Source: an uncultured Candidatus Saccharibacteria bacterium
GTDB taxonomy: Bacteria > Patescibacteriota > Minisyncoccia > Phycocordibacterales > SBAW01
Direction of reading: 5' to 3'
NCBI GenBank assembly: GCA_964650645.1
Contig: CAZYUH010000001.1
Location: forward strand, 475,099-539,098
DNA: 64,000 nucleotides
In this document: positions 19,001-28,257 of the stretch, piece by piece
Layout of the letters: the number at the start of each line of letters is the position of its first letter
Position numbering within the stretch: position 1 is the first letter of the stretch
Notes under the pieces: generated by a model
What the model was told of the DNA's origin: nothing
What the model saw: the letters and a program-made list of their open reading frames with translations, nothing else
Databases searched by the model: none
Made by a program: the position numbers and the translations under genes

Positions 19001-19216
19001 CTCAAGCGTCGCGTCGAGCCCGATGATGGGCTTGATGCCTTTCTTATCGCACTCCATGTAGAACTCTATCGCGCCGTAGAGGTTATCCATGTCGGTTAGC
19101 GCGAGCGCCTCGACGCCCTCTTCCTTGGCCTTCTTCACGAGATCGCCGATTTTGGGCAGGGCGCGCAGCAGCGAGAAGTGCGAGTGGACATGCAGCGGTA
19201 CGAAGGAGGCGGCCAT
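16079..19216 (-). CDS. dnaE: DNA polymerase III alpha subunit
   Basis: HVHS PHP start, RGSVAGS, FERFLNPER..PDIDMD, KFDFLG, YRPGP, YGFNKAHS, SGHPL, C-terminal OB fold. Confidence 0.97.
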   Translation of the reverse strand: MAASFVPLHVHSHFSLLRALPKIGDLVKKAKEEGVEALALTDMDNLYGAIEFYMECDKKGIKPIIGLDATLEDHHRILLYAKDLEGYKNLMKLVTESHIEDPQGRPITAAMLDARAGGLVALERAESSLSAAHRKRWGGDFYIMPTHETYYLSPEDRRAWETMRAIENRGPADDGMTMDGEEIDYSFLNESEMRAKLGDEALKASLEIAEKCNLELTLGKFVFPHFALPEGVTADDRLRELCLAGLRPRGLEGRDDVMERLEYELGIIKFKGYAAYFLVVEDLIRFARENDIYTNIRGSVAGSMVTYLLRITKIEPLSYKIPFERFLNPERPSAPDIDMDFADDRRDEVIDYARAKYGTEHVAQIGTFGTMLARGVVRDVARALGLPYGLGDAIAKEIPMGSQGFPMTLERAMQENPELAKMHKADPQVREIIGLGQKIEGCARHVGVHAAGVVISPVPLVEFAPLQLDPKGGKIITQYDMYSVGEDGAGLTKFDFLGIRNLTILANAVNLVERTRGERIDIEAIPLDDKRTFDMLTRGETEATFQLNGSGMTRFLKELRPTTIHDINAMVALYRPGPMQFIPQYIERKHNPALIRYLDRAMEPILRQTYGILVYQDDLLIMANQLAGYSWGEVDKFRKAVGKKIPEEMAAQREKFIKGCVEHSGWPQKKAEQVWAWIEPFAAYGFNKAHSASYGRVSYQTAYMKANYPVEYMTAVLTAEAGDVEKVSVMVAECKRMGIPMLAPDVNESFGDFTVILGSAPAGKAETASPAEATGVSATLRSAREEDSVAGAPVASATPTASETSPASPDSIRFGLYSIKNFGRGVADSIINERRANGPFASLSDFLTRVTDNGLNKKGLESLIMCGALDSMGERGAMLAHIEQLLQYHRDAGAEKMHDSLFADVEGMSEIRVPPAPPATQDQRLAWEKELLGLYVSGHPLDKFKEKLDRRPLNLAQIKERSYPGTTTVVAGMIESLRVLLTKNGDQMAFIKLADFSGAVEAVVFPKSYAEYKPILRPDACIAIKGRISNRNGEFSIVTEALKAL
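16826..16907. repeat. Palindromic insertion in frame inside dnaE (probable copy D of the element family)
   Basis: 17-bp arms 16826-16842/16891-16907 plus 10-bp inner arms 16846-16855/16878-16887; loop region ctatcctc...tgcgga. Confidence 0.8.
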
Positions 19217-19271
19217 GCACGGATTATACGCGCGAAGGGCCTACTTGGGCCACCCTTGCTACAATGCGCCA

Positions 19272-19877
19272 ATGCGCACTGAGTGGCTGGTCGGCGTGGA
19301 CGAGGCGGGGCGCGGGCCCCTGGCGGGGCCGGTGGCCGTGGGCGTGGCGGCGGTGCCCGCGCGCTTTGACGTACGGAAGGCGTTTCCGGGCATTAACGAT
19401 TCAAAGAAGATGAGCGAGGCCCTGCGCGAGGAGGCGTACGATGAGGCGCTCGGGCGCGCGCGGGCGGGCGACATCCGCCTGTGCGTACGCTTGGGCGGCG
19501 CTCCTTATATAGACGCGCACGGCATCGCGCGCGCCGTGCGGCGCGCGGCGTGGAGCGGGGTGCGGCAGGTCGCCGCACCCGATGAGTCTTTCGTAAGGCT
19601 CGACGGCCTCCTGAATGCTCCGCCGGAGTACCGGCAGGAAACGATAGTGAAAGGCGACGCGCTCGAGCCGGTGATATCGCTCGCCTCCGTGCTCGCAAAG
19701 GTCCGGCGCGACCGGCTCATGAAGCGGCTCGCCGCGCAGTACCCGCAGTACGGGTTCGAGCTGCACAAGGGCTACGGCACGCGCAGGCACCTCGAGGCGA
19801 TAGGGGAGTTCGGCCTGTGCGCGCTCCACCGGCGCACGTTCTGCGGCTTTCCGCGCCCGCCCGCGGGAAGTGCATAA
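19272..19877 (+). CDS. rnhB: Ribonuclease HII
   Basis: GVDEAGRGPLAGPV, DSKK, LDG, KGD, ASVLAKVRRD, HKGYGT, HRRTF. Confidence 0.95.
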   Translation: MRTEWLVGVDEAGRGPLAGPVAVGVAAVPARFDVRKAFPGINDSKKMSEALREEAYDEALGRARAGDIRLCVRLGGAPYIDAHGIARAVRRAAWSGVRQVAAPDESFVRLDGLLNAPPEYRQETIVKGDALEPVISLASVLAKVRRDRLMKRLAAQYPQYGFELHKGYGTRRHLEAIGEFGLCALHRRTFCGFPRPPAGSA

Positions 19878-20001
19878 GCCGATTGACTGGCCGCGGCCGC
19901 GGGCGTACTGTTTTTAGCAGTTGTTCTCGTTTTGCGTACAGCTCCGAGCCGCCGGACTGGTCCGGCATGTGCAATATCTGCAACTACGGGGAAACCGCGT
20001 G

Positions 20002-20241
20002 ATGGAAGCGGAGGAACTGGTCCGACTGCCGGCGAACGCCGGCGCGGTCCAAGTAAAAAAGAAGGCAAAGAGCCCCTGCAAGGGGTGTCAGCACAATATC
20101 AACGGCACGTATGCCGTCGATTACGACGACCATGACGTCGAGATAGGCTGCAGGGCGCGGCAGCGCCTCAGCCGGGGAAAGCTGTTCGTCCCGGTCAAGC
20201 CGACCGAGACGGCGAAAAAAGGCTGCAAGTACCGCCTGTAA
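20002..20241 (+). CDS. Small Cys-containing hypothetical protein
   Basis: 79 aa with CKGC..C..C; terminator-like hairpin downstream; start uncertain. Confidence 0.45.
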   Translation: MEAEELVRLPANAGAVQVKKKAKSPCKGCQHNINGTYAVDYDDHDVEIGCRARQRLSRGKLFVPVKPTETAKKGCKYRL

Positions 20242-20346
20242 GGCTGATTTTTAGAGTGGAGACAGGGCAAGGGTAAGACCCCCCTCCGTGCCGCGTGCAC
20301 AGGAGGGGGTTTGTCTTTTTGGGGGTTATTTGCTATATATAGAGCC

Positions 20347-20574
20347 ATGGTAGTCAGGATGAGACACACCCGGGCGCACACGGCTAACCGCCGTTCGCAC
20401 CATGCCCTCAAGGCCCAGAAGCTCGCGGTATGCGAGTGCGGGGCCCCGCGCGTGTCCCATCGCGCATGCCCGTCCTGCGGGCGCTACCGCGGCCGCGTCG
20501 TAGTCGACGTGGCGGCCAAAGCGGCCGCCAAGTCGGCCCGCAAGGCAAAGAGGGATAAGAGCGAGGCGCGCTAA
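20347..20574 (+). CDS. rpmF: 50S ribosomal protein L32
   Basis: [38 protein letters not shown]. Confidence 0.93.
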   Translation: MVVRMRHTRAHTANRRSHHALKAQKLAVCECGAPRVSHRACPSCGRYRGRVVVDVAAKAAAKSARKAKRDKSEAR

Positions 20575-20641
20575 TACGTAGGCGGTTCGCTCTTGATTCT
20601 CTGTTCGGTTCGCGCAGGTTCGCCCGATTGCTCTACACATA

Positions 20642-21562
20642 ATGGCCAACAGGCACCTCTCACGCTCAGTCGTTCTCCAGACACTCTTCGAGTGGGACTT
20701 CCGACATCTCTCGGCGGACGACTGCCTCGAATCCCTCGAGCGCATCGCGGAGGAGTCCGTGCCGCAGGGCGGCGACGCGCCGTTCATGGAGGACCTCCTG
20801 AGGGGCGTGCTCAGCCGCGCCGCGGACCTCGACATGGTCATAGGCAAGGCCGCGCCCGAGTGGCCCATTGACCGCATCGCGCCAGTTGACCGCAACGTCC
20901 TGCGCCTCGGGCTCTACGAGCTCCTGTTCGCCGACCGCGAGAAGGTTCCCGCAAAGGTCGCCATCAACGAGGCGATAGAGCTCGCCAAGAGCTTCGGCGG
21001 CGAGCATTCGGGCCGCTTCGTCAACGGGGTGCTCGGCGCCGTCTACAAGGAATTGGGCGAGCCGGGCAAGGACGAGGTGTCCAAGAAGAAGAAGGAGGTT
21101 CCGTGGGAGGAGATGCCGCAGGAGCGCCTGGTGGGCGCGGTCGTCTACGCCCGCTCGGGCAACGAGCTGTACCTCGCGCTGGTGCACGACATCTTCGGCC
21201 ACTGGACCCTCTCCAAGGGCAAGCTCACTCCCGATGAGACGCCGGAGGCCGGCGTGGTGCGCAAGATAAAGGAGGAGATAGGCTTGAATATCGAGCCCGA
21301 GCTGAGGCTGGGCGAGAACGAGTACGTCGCTTCCGACCCTGCGGCCGGCAAGAAGCGCAAGCACGTCATCTACTTCCTCGCGAAGTCGCCGTTCGCCGAG
21401 GTGGAGCTCGCTAAGAAGGGCGGCTTGGACGACGCGCGCTGGTTCAAGCTCCAGGACGCGCTCGAATTGAATTTTTACGAGGACATGCTTCCCATCGTCA
21501 TGAAGGCTGTCGAGCACCTCGGCGCCGATGCGAAAGGTAGAGCGAAGCTGAACGCTAATTAG
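20642..21562 (+). CDS. nusB: NusB fused to a C-terminal NUDIX-fold domain
   Basis: RHLSR, WPIDRIAPVDRNVLRLGLYE, INEAIELAK, FVNGVLG; then WTLSKGK..E..RKIKEEIG. Confidence 0.92.
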   Translation: MANRHLSRSVVLQTLFEWDFRHLSADDCLESLERIAEESVPQGGDAPFMEDLLRGVLSRAADLDMVIGKAAPEWPIDRIAPVDRNVLRLGLYELLFADREKVPAKVAINEAIELAKSFGGEHSGRFVNGVLGAVYKELGEPGKDEVSKKKKEVPWEEMPQERLVGAVVYARSGNELYLALVHDIFGHWTLSKGKLTPDETPEAGVVRKIKEEIGLNIEPELRLGENEYVASDPAAGKKRKHVIYFLAKSPFAEVELAKKGGLDDARWFKLQDALELNFYEDMLPIVMKAVEHLGADAKGRAKLNAN

Positions 21563-21570
21563 ACACATGT

Positions 21571-22263
21571 ATGGCAGCCGATTTCAATACGTTCCAGCAA
21601 AAGCTCGGGCTCGAGTTTAACGAGCCCGACCTCCTGCGCCAGGCCTTCACGCACCGCTCCTACCTCAACGAGCACCGCGGCGAGGTAAAGGGCCACAACG
21701 AGCGGCTGGAGTTCCTGGGCGACGCCGTTTTGGAGCTCATCGCCACGCACTTTTTGTACGAGAAGTTCCCGACGCAGACCGAGGGCGACCTCACGGCGTA
21801 CCGCGCCGCGCTCGTCAACGCGGTAACGTGCGCCGAAGTGGCGCAGGAGCTGGGCATGAACGACTGCCTCCTCTTGTCGCGCGGCGAGGCGAAAGACACC
21901 GGCCGCGCGCGCGGTATCCTCCTGGCGAACGCCTTCGAGGCGCTTGTCGGCGCTATTTACCTCGACCAGGGCTACGACGCCGCGCGCGAGTTCATCGCGG
22001 CGCACCTGTTCCCGAAAATAGACAACATCATCCAGAAGAAGCTCTGGCTCGACGCCAAGTCGTCCCTGCAGGAGAAAGTGCAGGACGTCGAGGGCGTGAC
22101 GCCGTCCTACAGCGTTTTGCGCGAGTGGGGGCCCGACCACGACAAGCACTTCGTCGTGGGCGTGCACGTGAAGGACAGGCTTTTGGCGCAGGGCGAGGGC
22201 AAGAGCAAGCAGGAGGCCGAGCAGGACGCCGCGCGCGCGGCGCTCGACGCGCGCGGGTGGTAG
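21571..22263 (+). CDS. rnc: Ribonuclease III
   Basis: THRS, NERLEFLGDAVL, FEALVGAIYLD, dsRBD with GKSKQEAEQ. Confidence 0.97.
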   Translation: MAADFNTFQQKLGLEFNEPDLLRQAFTHRSYLNEHRGEVKGHNERLEFLGDAVLELIATHFLYEKFPTQTEGDLTAYRAALVNAVTCAEVAQELGMNDCLLLSRGEAKDTGRARGILLANAFEALVGAIYLDQGYDAAREFIAAHLFPKIDNIIQKKLWLDAKSSLQEKVQDVEGVTPSYSVLREWGPDHDKHFVVGVHVKDRLLAQGEGKSKQEAEQDAARAALDARGW

Positions 22264-22337
22264 CCGGCACGGGGCACGCGGCGCTATACTGCCCGTAGAG
22301 ACGCCCGTTCCGTATCCTTGAACCCCAGGAGGACTTA

Positions 22338-22745
22338 ATGCGCTTGCTTGCCGCGCCCGTTCTTGCTGCCGCGCTGTGCGCCGCGACTCCCGCGTGCGCG
22401 CAGACCGTCCAGCTTTTCTCCCTCGTCGACACTCTTGTCGCGCTGTACGGCGACTTCAACGGGGTGCCGGTCCGCGAGGTGGAGCGCAGGCTCTGCCGGG
22501 AGCTTCTGCTTGTTTCGCCGGAAAAGGTGCGCCCCTGCGCGGAGGAAAGCGCGCGGCGCAACGACGCGTTCGATAAGGCCGTCAAGAGCGTCGAGTCGGC
22601 GCGCAAGGAGGGCTCTCTTGACGAGCGGCGGCGTCTGCTCGAATCGGCGGCGTCATCCCTCTTGTTCGTCAAGAGCGACTTGTATCGGTGGACCAGGCTG
22701 TACTTCCGCGAGACCGCGGAAAGGCTTGGAGGGCGCGGGACGTGA
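22338..22745 (+). CDS. Secreted hypothetical protein
   Basis: AGGAGG SD, signal peptide, terminator hairpin at about 22760-22788. Confidence 0.65.
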   Translation: MRLLAAPVLAAALCAATPACAQTVQLFSLVDTLVALYGDFNGVPVREVERRLCRELLLVSPEKVRPCAEESARRNDAFDKAVKSVESARKEGSLDERRRLLESAASSLLFVKSDLYRWTRLYFRETAERLGGRGT

Positions 22746-22805
22746 GTCCGCGCCAACGGGCCCGGCGGCAATCCGCCGGGCCTTTTTCTTGCTACAATAG
22801 GCGCA

Positions 22806-25010
22806 ATGCGGCTCAAATCGATAGAGCTCACGGGCTTCAAGTCTTTCGCCAGGAAGACGCCCCTTAGCTTCGAGTCGTCCATAACCGCCATCGTCGGCCC
22901 CAACGGCTCGGGCAAATCGAACGTCGCCGAGGCGTTCCGCTTCGCCCTGGGCGAGCAGTCCATGAAGAGCATGCGCGGCAGGCGCGGCGAGGACCTCATT
23001 TGGAACGGCTCGGCGCACGTGCCGCGCGGCGGGCGCGCCTCGGTCAAGCTCGTCTTCGACAACGCCGACCGCATGCTCAACCTCGATTTCGACGAGGTGT
23101 CGATAGAGCGCGTGGTGCACCGCGACGGCGGCAACGACTACCTGCTCAACAACTCCCCGGTGCGCCTGCGCGACGTCGCGGAACTCCTGGCGGGCGCCAA
23201 CATTGGCGCGTCGGGCCACCACATCATCTCCCAGGGCGAGGCGGACAGGATACTGTCGGCCGGCGCGCGCGAGCGGCGCGAGATGGTCGAGGACGCGCTC
23301 GGGCTCACCGCCTACCTGTACAAGCGCGAGGAGGCGCAGCGCAAACTGGAGAAGACCGGCGAGAACAGCGCCAAGGTCGAGGCCCTGCGCCGCGAGCTCG
23401 CGCCCCACCTGAAGTTCCTGAACGGCCAGGTGCGCAAGATAGAGGAGGCGCAGGGCCTGCGCGACGAGCTGAAAGCGCGCTACCTCGAGTACTTCAAGCG
23501 CGAGAGCGTGTACCTGAAGCTCAATGAGGCCGAGATTGCCGGGGCGCTCGACGCTCCCGAGCGCGAGCGCGCCGAGCTCGATTCGCGCGTCGAGCGCCTG
23601 CGCGCCGACCTCTCGCGCCAGCACGGCGGCGACGCCCAGACCCGGGAGCTCATGCGCCTCGAGCAGGAAGGCCGCGCGGCCGCGCATAGGCGCCAGGAAA
23701 TTCACCGCGAGCTGGGCCGCATCGAGGGCTCCATTGCCGCGCACGAGGCCATGGGGCAGGCAGAGGAGTCCATACCGGCGTCCGAGGCGCGCGCCTTCGG
23801 CGAGCGGGTGCTGGCCGAATTGGAGCTTCCGTACAACGACATGGAGGCGTTCAAGAAGCGCGTGTCGGCGCTCATCATACTCGCTGGGGAGTTCCTGCGC
23901 CGGCTTTCGCGCGCGAGCGATGCGAAGGGCGAGAGCGCCGCCGGGCTCAGGGCGAAGAAAGCCTCGCTCGAAGAGGAGCTCAAGGCGCTCGGCGCGGCCG
24001 AGGACGAGGCTGCCAGGGCGGTGGCAAGCCTGCGCCAGGCGATAGAGAGCGAGAAGGACGCCTCGCGCGACGCCGAGCGCGAGCTCTTCTCCGCCATGGC
24101 GCGCCGCAGCGAGCTTGAGGCGCGGCTTTCGGGCCTGCGCGCGCGCCGCGACGCGCTCGCGCGCGAGCGCGAGGCGCTCAGGCGTGAATTGGGGGAGGCT
24201 GCGGCGCTCGTGGGCGCCGATATCGCGGGCTACGAGACGCACGCCCTTGAAGGCTTCGATGCGGACGCCGCGCTCGAGGAGCGCTCCAAGCAGGAGGAGC
24301 GCCGCCGCAAGCTGGAGCGCATGAAGATAAAGCTGGAGGAGTCGGGGCTGGGGAACTCGTCGGACATCCTGCGCGAGCACAAGGACACGGCCGAGCGCGA
24401 CGAATTCCTGGCCCGCGAGCTCGCCGACCTCGCGCAGAGCCGTGAATCGCTCGAGGGCCTCATAGGGGAGCTTACCGCCACGCTCGAGTCGCGCTTCAGC
24501 GAAGGGGTCGAGAAGATAAACCGTGAATTCGACGCCTTCTTCAAGCTCATGTTCGGCGGCGGCGCGGCGTCCCTGCAGGTGGTGAGGGAGAGGAAACCGC
24601 GGCGCGGAGCCTCAGAAGAAGAGGGCGGCGATGACGAGGACGATGCCGCGGCAGAGCAGGGGATAGACCTCTCCGTGTCCCTGCCGCACAAGCGCGTTAA
24701 GGGCATACAGATGCTCTCGGGCGGCGAGCGCGCGCTTACGTCCATCGCCCTCATATTCGCGATGAGCCAGGTCAACCCGCCGCCGTTTTTGATACTGGAC
24801 GAGACCGAGGCGGCGCTCGACGAGGCCAATAGCCGGCGCTACGGCGACATGATAGAGACGCTCGCGAAGCGCTCCCAGCTCATCGTCATTACCCACAACC
24901 GCGAGACCATGAGCCGCGCGGGCATTTTATACGGCATCACCATGGGCTCAGACGGCGGCTCCAGGCTCTTGTCGGTCAAATTCGACGAAGCGGTGGCGGT
25001 GGCGAAGTAA
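22806..25010 (+). CDS. smc: SMC-family ATPase, short (734 aa)
   Basis: GFKSF, GPNGSGKSN, ISQG, LSGGE, FLILDE.EAALDEAN, VITH; coiled coil between the head halves. Confidence 0.88.
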   Translation: MRLKSIELTGFKSFARKTPLSFESSITAIVGPNGSGKSNVAEAFRFALGEQSMKSMRGRRGEDLIWNGSAHVPRGGRASVKLVFDNADRMLNLDFDEVSIERVVHRDGGNDYLLNNSPVRLRDVAELLAGANIGASGHHIISQGEADRILSAGARERREMVEDALGLTAYLYKREEAQRKLEKTGENSAKVEALRRELAPHLKFLNGQVRKIEEAQGLRDELKARYLEYFKRESVYLKLNEAEIAGALDAPERERAELDSRVERLRADLSRQHGGDAQTRELMRLEQEGRAAAHRRQEIHRELGRIEGSIAAHEAMGQAEESIPASEARAFGERVLAELELPYNDMEAFKKRVSALIILAGEFLRRLSRASDAKGESAAGLRAKKASLEEELKALGAAEDEAARAVASLRQAIESEKDASRDAERELFSAMARRSELEARLSGLRARRDALAREREALRRELGEAAALVGADIAGYETHALEGFDADAALEERSKQEERRRKLERMKIKLEESGLGNSSDILREHKDTAERDEFLARELADLAQSRESLEGLIGELTATLESRFSEGVEKINREFDAFFKLMFGGGAASLQVVRERKPRRGASEEEGGDDEDDAAAEQGIDLSVSLPHKRVKGIQMLSGGERALTSIALIFAMSQVNPPPFLILDETEAALDEANSRRYGDMIETLAKRSQLIVITHNRETMSRAGILYGITMGSDGGSRLLSVKFDEAVAVAK

Positions 25011-25058
25011 GAAAGCGGTGGTATAGTACCCTTCAGGCTCGTACAGAGGAGGTGTCCA

Positions 25059-25244
25059 ATGGCTCAGAAGGTGGCGAAAGCTGACGCAGGCGACTATAGC
25101 TTCGAGCTTCACAAGAAGGAGAACGGCGAATTCGCATGCTTCCGCAGCGACGTGTCCGATCCGATGCGGAATCTCGAGGAGGTGACGGATATACAGCAAA
25201 TCCCCCCGCAGGTCTTCTCCATCTTCAGGAACTGCATGCACTAA
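25059..25244 (+). CDS. Small hypothetical protein
   Basis: AGGAGG SD, TGG-TATAGT upstream, terminator hairpin downstream. Confidence 0.6.
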   Translation: MAQKVAKADAGDYSFELHKKENGEFACFRSDVSDPMRNLEEVTDIQQIPPQVFSIFRNCMH

Positions 25245-25289
25245 CGCAAACGCCCCGGCATTACGCCGGGGCTTCCTTTTTGCCGCACG

Positions 25290-27314
25290 CTAGCGCACCA
25301 GCTCGAAATCCAGGGTGCGGGCCGCAAGGTCCGCGCCTATTAATTTTACCTTTACCGCGTCGCCCAGCGTGTACTTGCGCTTGTTGCGCTCGCCGACGAG
25401 CGCGTAGTCCTTCTGCGAGTAATTGTAGAAATCGTCGCCTATGGAGCGCACGCGCACCAGGCCTTCGGCCGCGGACTCCTTCTCCTCCACGTACAGGCCC
25501 CAGTCGGTGACGCCCGAGATGACGCCGTCGAAGACCTCGCCGATGCGGCCCATGAGGAACTCGACCTGCTTGTAGCGGATGGATTCGCGCTCGGCGTCGA
25601 CGGCCTTGGCTTCCTGCTCTGATGCGAGGATGCACATGCGCTCGAGGCCCTCGTAGTCGGCCGCCGATATCGGCTCGCCGCCCAGGTGCGATGCGAGTAT
25701 GCGGTGCACGAGCATGTCCGGGTAGCGGCGTATGGGCGAGGTGAAGTGCGTGTAGTACTCGAACGCGAGGCCGAAGTGCCCGATGTTGCGGGTGGTGTAG
25801 ATGGCCTTGGCCATTGAGCGCAGGGTCGCGGTGCGTATCAGGTGCTCTTCGGGCTTGCCCTTTATCTGCTCGAGCAGGCTCTGTATGTCCTTGGCGTTTA
25901 TCTTGTGCTTGGGGCGGCCGAACTCGTAGCCTATGGCGCGCACGAAGGTCTGCAGCTCTGCGATGCGGTCGGCCTTGGGCTCGTCGTGGATGCGGTAGAG
26001 GAACGCGAAGCGCTTCTGCGGCGCGCCCTCGGCGAGCTTCGAGACGTATTTCGCGACCTCGCGGTTGGCGAGCAACATGAACTCCTCGATGAGCCAGTTG
26101 GTGTCGATGCGGACCTTGCGGACGATGCGCAGCGGCTTGCCCGTCTCCTCGTCGAGCTCGAACTTGACCTCGTTGTCGCCGAAGTCTATGGCGCCGTCCT
26201 CCTGGCGCTCCGCGCGCATCTTCTTTGCCAGGGCGAAGAGCTGGTTGAGCTCCAGAAGGTACGGCCCGGCCTGGGTGTCCAGCACCTCCTGCGCCTCCTC
26301 GTAGGTAAAGCGCTTCTTGGAACGGATGACCGACTTGGTGAACGTGCGGCTCACCACGTGCGCGTCGCGGTCGAGTATGAATACGGCCGAAAAGGCCAGG
26401 CGGTCCACGTCGGCCTTGAGCGACGCGACGCCGCCGGAGATCTGGTGGGGGAGCATGGGGATGGTCGCGTCTACCAGGTAGACCGACGTGCCGCGGTTGC
26501 GCGCCTCCTTGTCTATGGCGGTGCCCGGGGCGCAATAATAGCTCGCGTCGGCGATGTGCACGCCCACCTCGAACGTGCCGTCAGGGAGCGCGCGCACGGA
26601 GAGCGCGTCGTCGAAGTCCTTCGCGTCCTTGGGGTCTATGGTCATGACGTCCAGGCCGCGGAAGTCGGCCCGCTTGGGGAGCTCAGACGCGATAATCTCG
26701 TCGTGGCGCTTCTCGTAGCTGTCGGCCTCCGCTTCTGCCTCGGGCGGGAAGCTGGTGCGGAAGCCCTTCTCCATAACGATGGCGTTCATCTCGGTGCGGT
26801 GCTCGCCCGCCTTGCCGATCACCTCGATGACCTCGCCGACGGGATCCGCGGCGCCGTCAAAGGACACGAGCCGCACGATTACCTTTGAGCCGTCCTGCGC
26901 CGGCTGCGCGAGCTTGAAGGGGCGGTAGACTTTCTGGTCTGCAGCGATGGCGGCGCCGTCCTTTACGGTGGCGACGAACTCGGTCTTGGCGCGCGAGACT
27001 ACGCGGACGACCTTGCCGGACATGCGTGCGGGCTTGGGCGCCTGGCCGCGGAACGCGCGGGGCTGTATGAGGCCGCGCAGCTCCACCTCGACCTCGTCGC
27101 CGTTGAGCGCGCCGCCCAAGTCGCGGGTGTCTATCTCTATGTCCTCCTTTTCCTTGGGAGCGCCCTTGGGCAGGGGCGCCTGGCCTTCGGGGAGCGGCCA
27201 CGGCAGGTAGCCCACGCCCTTGCGGGTGACCTGCACGATGCCGCGTACCGTCTTCTTATGGCGCTGTTCGGGGGCCTTGGTCATGCTCGGCCGCCCTTCG
27301 TTACTCAGAGGCAT
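25290..27314 (-). CDS. rnr: Ribonuclease R
   Basis: TIDPKDAKDFDDA, VHIAD, RGTSVY, IEEFMLLAN, HFTSPIRRYPD, S1 domain. Start is 27314 or 27284. Confidence 0.93.
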   Translation of the reverse strand: MPLSNEGRPSMTKAPEQRHKKTVRGIVQVTRKGVGYLPWPLPEGQAPLPKGAPKEKEDIEIDTRDLGGALNGDEVEVELRGLIQPRAFRGQAPKPARMSGKVVRVVSRAKTEFVATVKDGAAIAADQKVYRPFKLAQPAQDGSKVIVRLVSFDGAADPVGEVIEVIGKAGEHRTEMNAIVMEKGFRTSFPPEAEAEADSYEKRHDEIIASELPKRADFRGLDVMTIDPKDAKDFDDALSVRALPDGTFEVGVHIADASYYCAPGTAIDKEARNRGTSVYLVDATIPMLPHQISGGVASLKADVDRLAFSAVFILDRDAHVVSRTFTKSVIRSKKRFTYEEAQEVLDTQAGPYLLELNQLFALAKKMRAERQEDGAIDFGDNEVKFELDEETGKPLRIVRKVRIDTNWLIEEFMLLANREVAKYVSKLAEGAPQKRFAFLYRIHDEPKADRIAELQTFVRAIGYEFGRPKHKINAKDIQSLLEQIKGKPEEHLIRTATLRSMAKAIYTTRNIGHFGLAFEYYTHFTSPIRRYPDMLVHRILASHLGGEPISAADYEGLERMCILASEQEAKAVDAERESIRYKQVEFLMGRIGEVFDGVISGVTDWGLYVEEKESAAEGLVRVRSIGDDFYNYSQKDYALVGERNKRKYTLGDAVKVKLIGADLAARTLDFELVR

Positions 27315-27423
27315 TAATGGGGCCATTCTAGCGCATTTGTTGACCAAACGCCAGCGGCCTGCTAGAGTAGGGCCACGCCCGCTAGGGGCCCTTTTTCGGA
27401 AGGATAAAGAATACTTTAGATAC

Positions 27424-27843
27424 ATGCTAGCAATCCGACTCACCCGCGTAGGCAAGAAGAAGGACGCCTCTTTCCGCGTGGTCGTCATAGACTCCAAGCG
27501 CAAGGTCCAGGCCGGCAACTACCTCGAGATGGTGGGCTCTTACGACCCGCGCTCTAACAGGGCCGACCTGAAGGCGGACCGCATCAAGCATTGGCTGTCC
27601 GTGGGCGCCAAGCCGTCGGACACGGTGCACAACCTCTTCGTTTCAAACAAGATAATCGACGCCAAGAAGATCAACGTGCTTCCTAAGAAAGTCCTGCCGA
27701 AGCCCGAAGCGCCCGCCGCCGAGGCCGCTCCCGAGGCCGCCGCTGCCGCCGAGACCGCCGAAGAGAAGGCTGCAGAGGCTCCCGTTGACGAGGCTCCCGC
27801 AGCAGAGGATAACGCTGTTGTAGAGGAAAAGCCGGCAGAGTAG
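27424..27843 (+). CDS. rpsP: 30S ribosomal protein S16 with acidic Ala/Glu tail
   Basis: MLAIRLTRVGKK..FRVVV..GSYDP..WLSVGAKPSDTV. Confidence 0.96.
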   Translation: MLAIRLTRVGKKKDASFRVVVIDSKRKVQAGNYLEMVGSYDPRSNRADLKADRIKHWLSVGAKPSDTVHNLFVSNKIIDAKKINVLPKKVLPKPEAPAAEAAPEAAAAAETAEEKAAEAPVDEAPAAEDNAVVEEKPAE

Positions 27844-27881
27844 AATTAAGGAGGGTTTACTATAAAATAAAATATCCAGTT

Positions 27882-28256
27882 ATGGCCACGGAGAAGGACC
27901 AGGAGTTTTTGGAATTCGTCGTCAAGGGGCTCGTCGAGCATCCCGAGGACATAAAAGTGAGCCGGGTCGTGGACGAGATGGGCGTTCTCCTGACGCTCGA
28001 CCTCAATGCCGAGGATATGGGCAAGGTCATAGGCCGCTCGGGCAATACCGCCAAGGCCATCCGCACCCTCCTGCGCGTCGTCGGGATGAAGCACAACGCG
28101 CGCGTCAATTTAAAGATTAACGAGCCGGTCGGCGGCCAGCGCAGCATGGACGCCGGCGGCTCAGCGGCCCAGGGCTGGGACGGCACCCACGAGGCGCCCG
28201 CCACTCCCGCCATGAAGTCCATAGACGAGGCCATGGGCGAGCTCGATAATTTCTAA
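27882..28256 (+). CDS. khpA: KH-domain RNA-binding protein (KhpA/YlqC)
   Basis: LVEHPED..EDMGKVIGRSGNTAKAIRTLL; usual position after rpsP. Confidence 0.9.
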   Translation: MATEKDQEFLEFVVKGLVEHPEDIKVSRVVDEMGVLLTLDLNAEDMGKVIGRSGNTAKAIRTLLRVVGMKHNARVNLKINEPVGGQRSMDAGGSAAQGWDGTHEAPATPAMKSIDEAMGELDNF

Positions 28257-28257
28257 A

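Noticed and set aside
16052-19099. 1015-aa + strand ORF, and similar long ORFs such as 32851..36690(-), 30229..32394(-) and 22653..24380(-)
   Set aside because: Antisense shadows of dnaE, rpoBC and smc caused by GC-rich codon bias; no motifs of their own.
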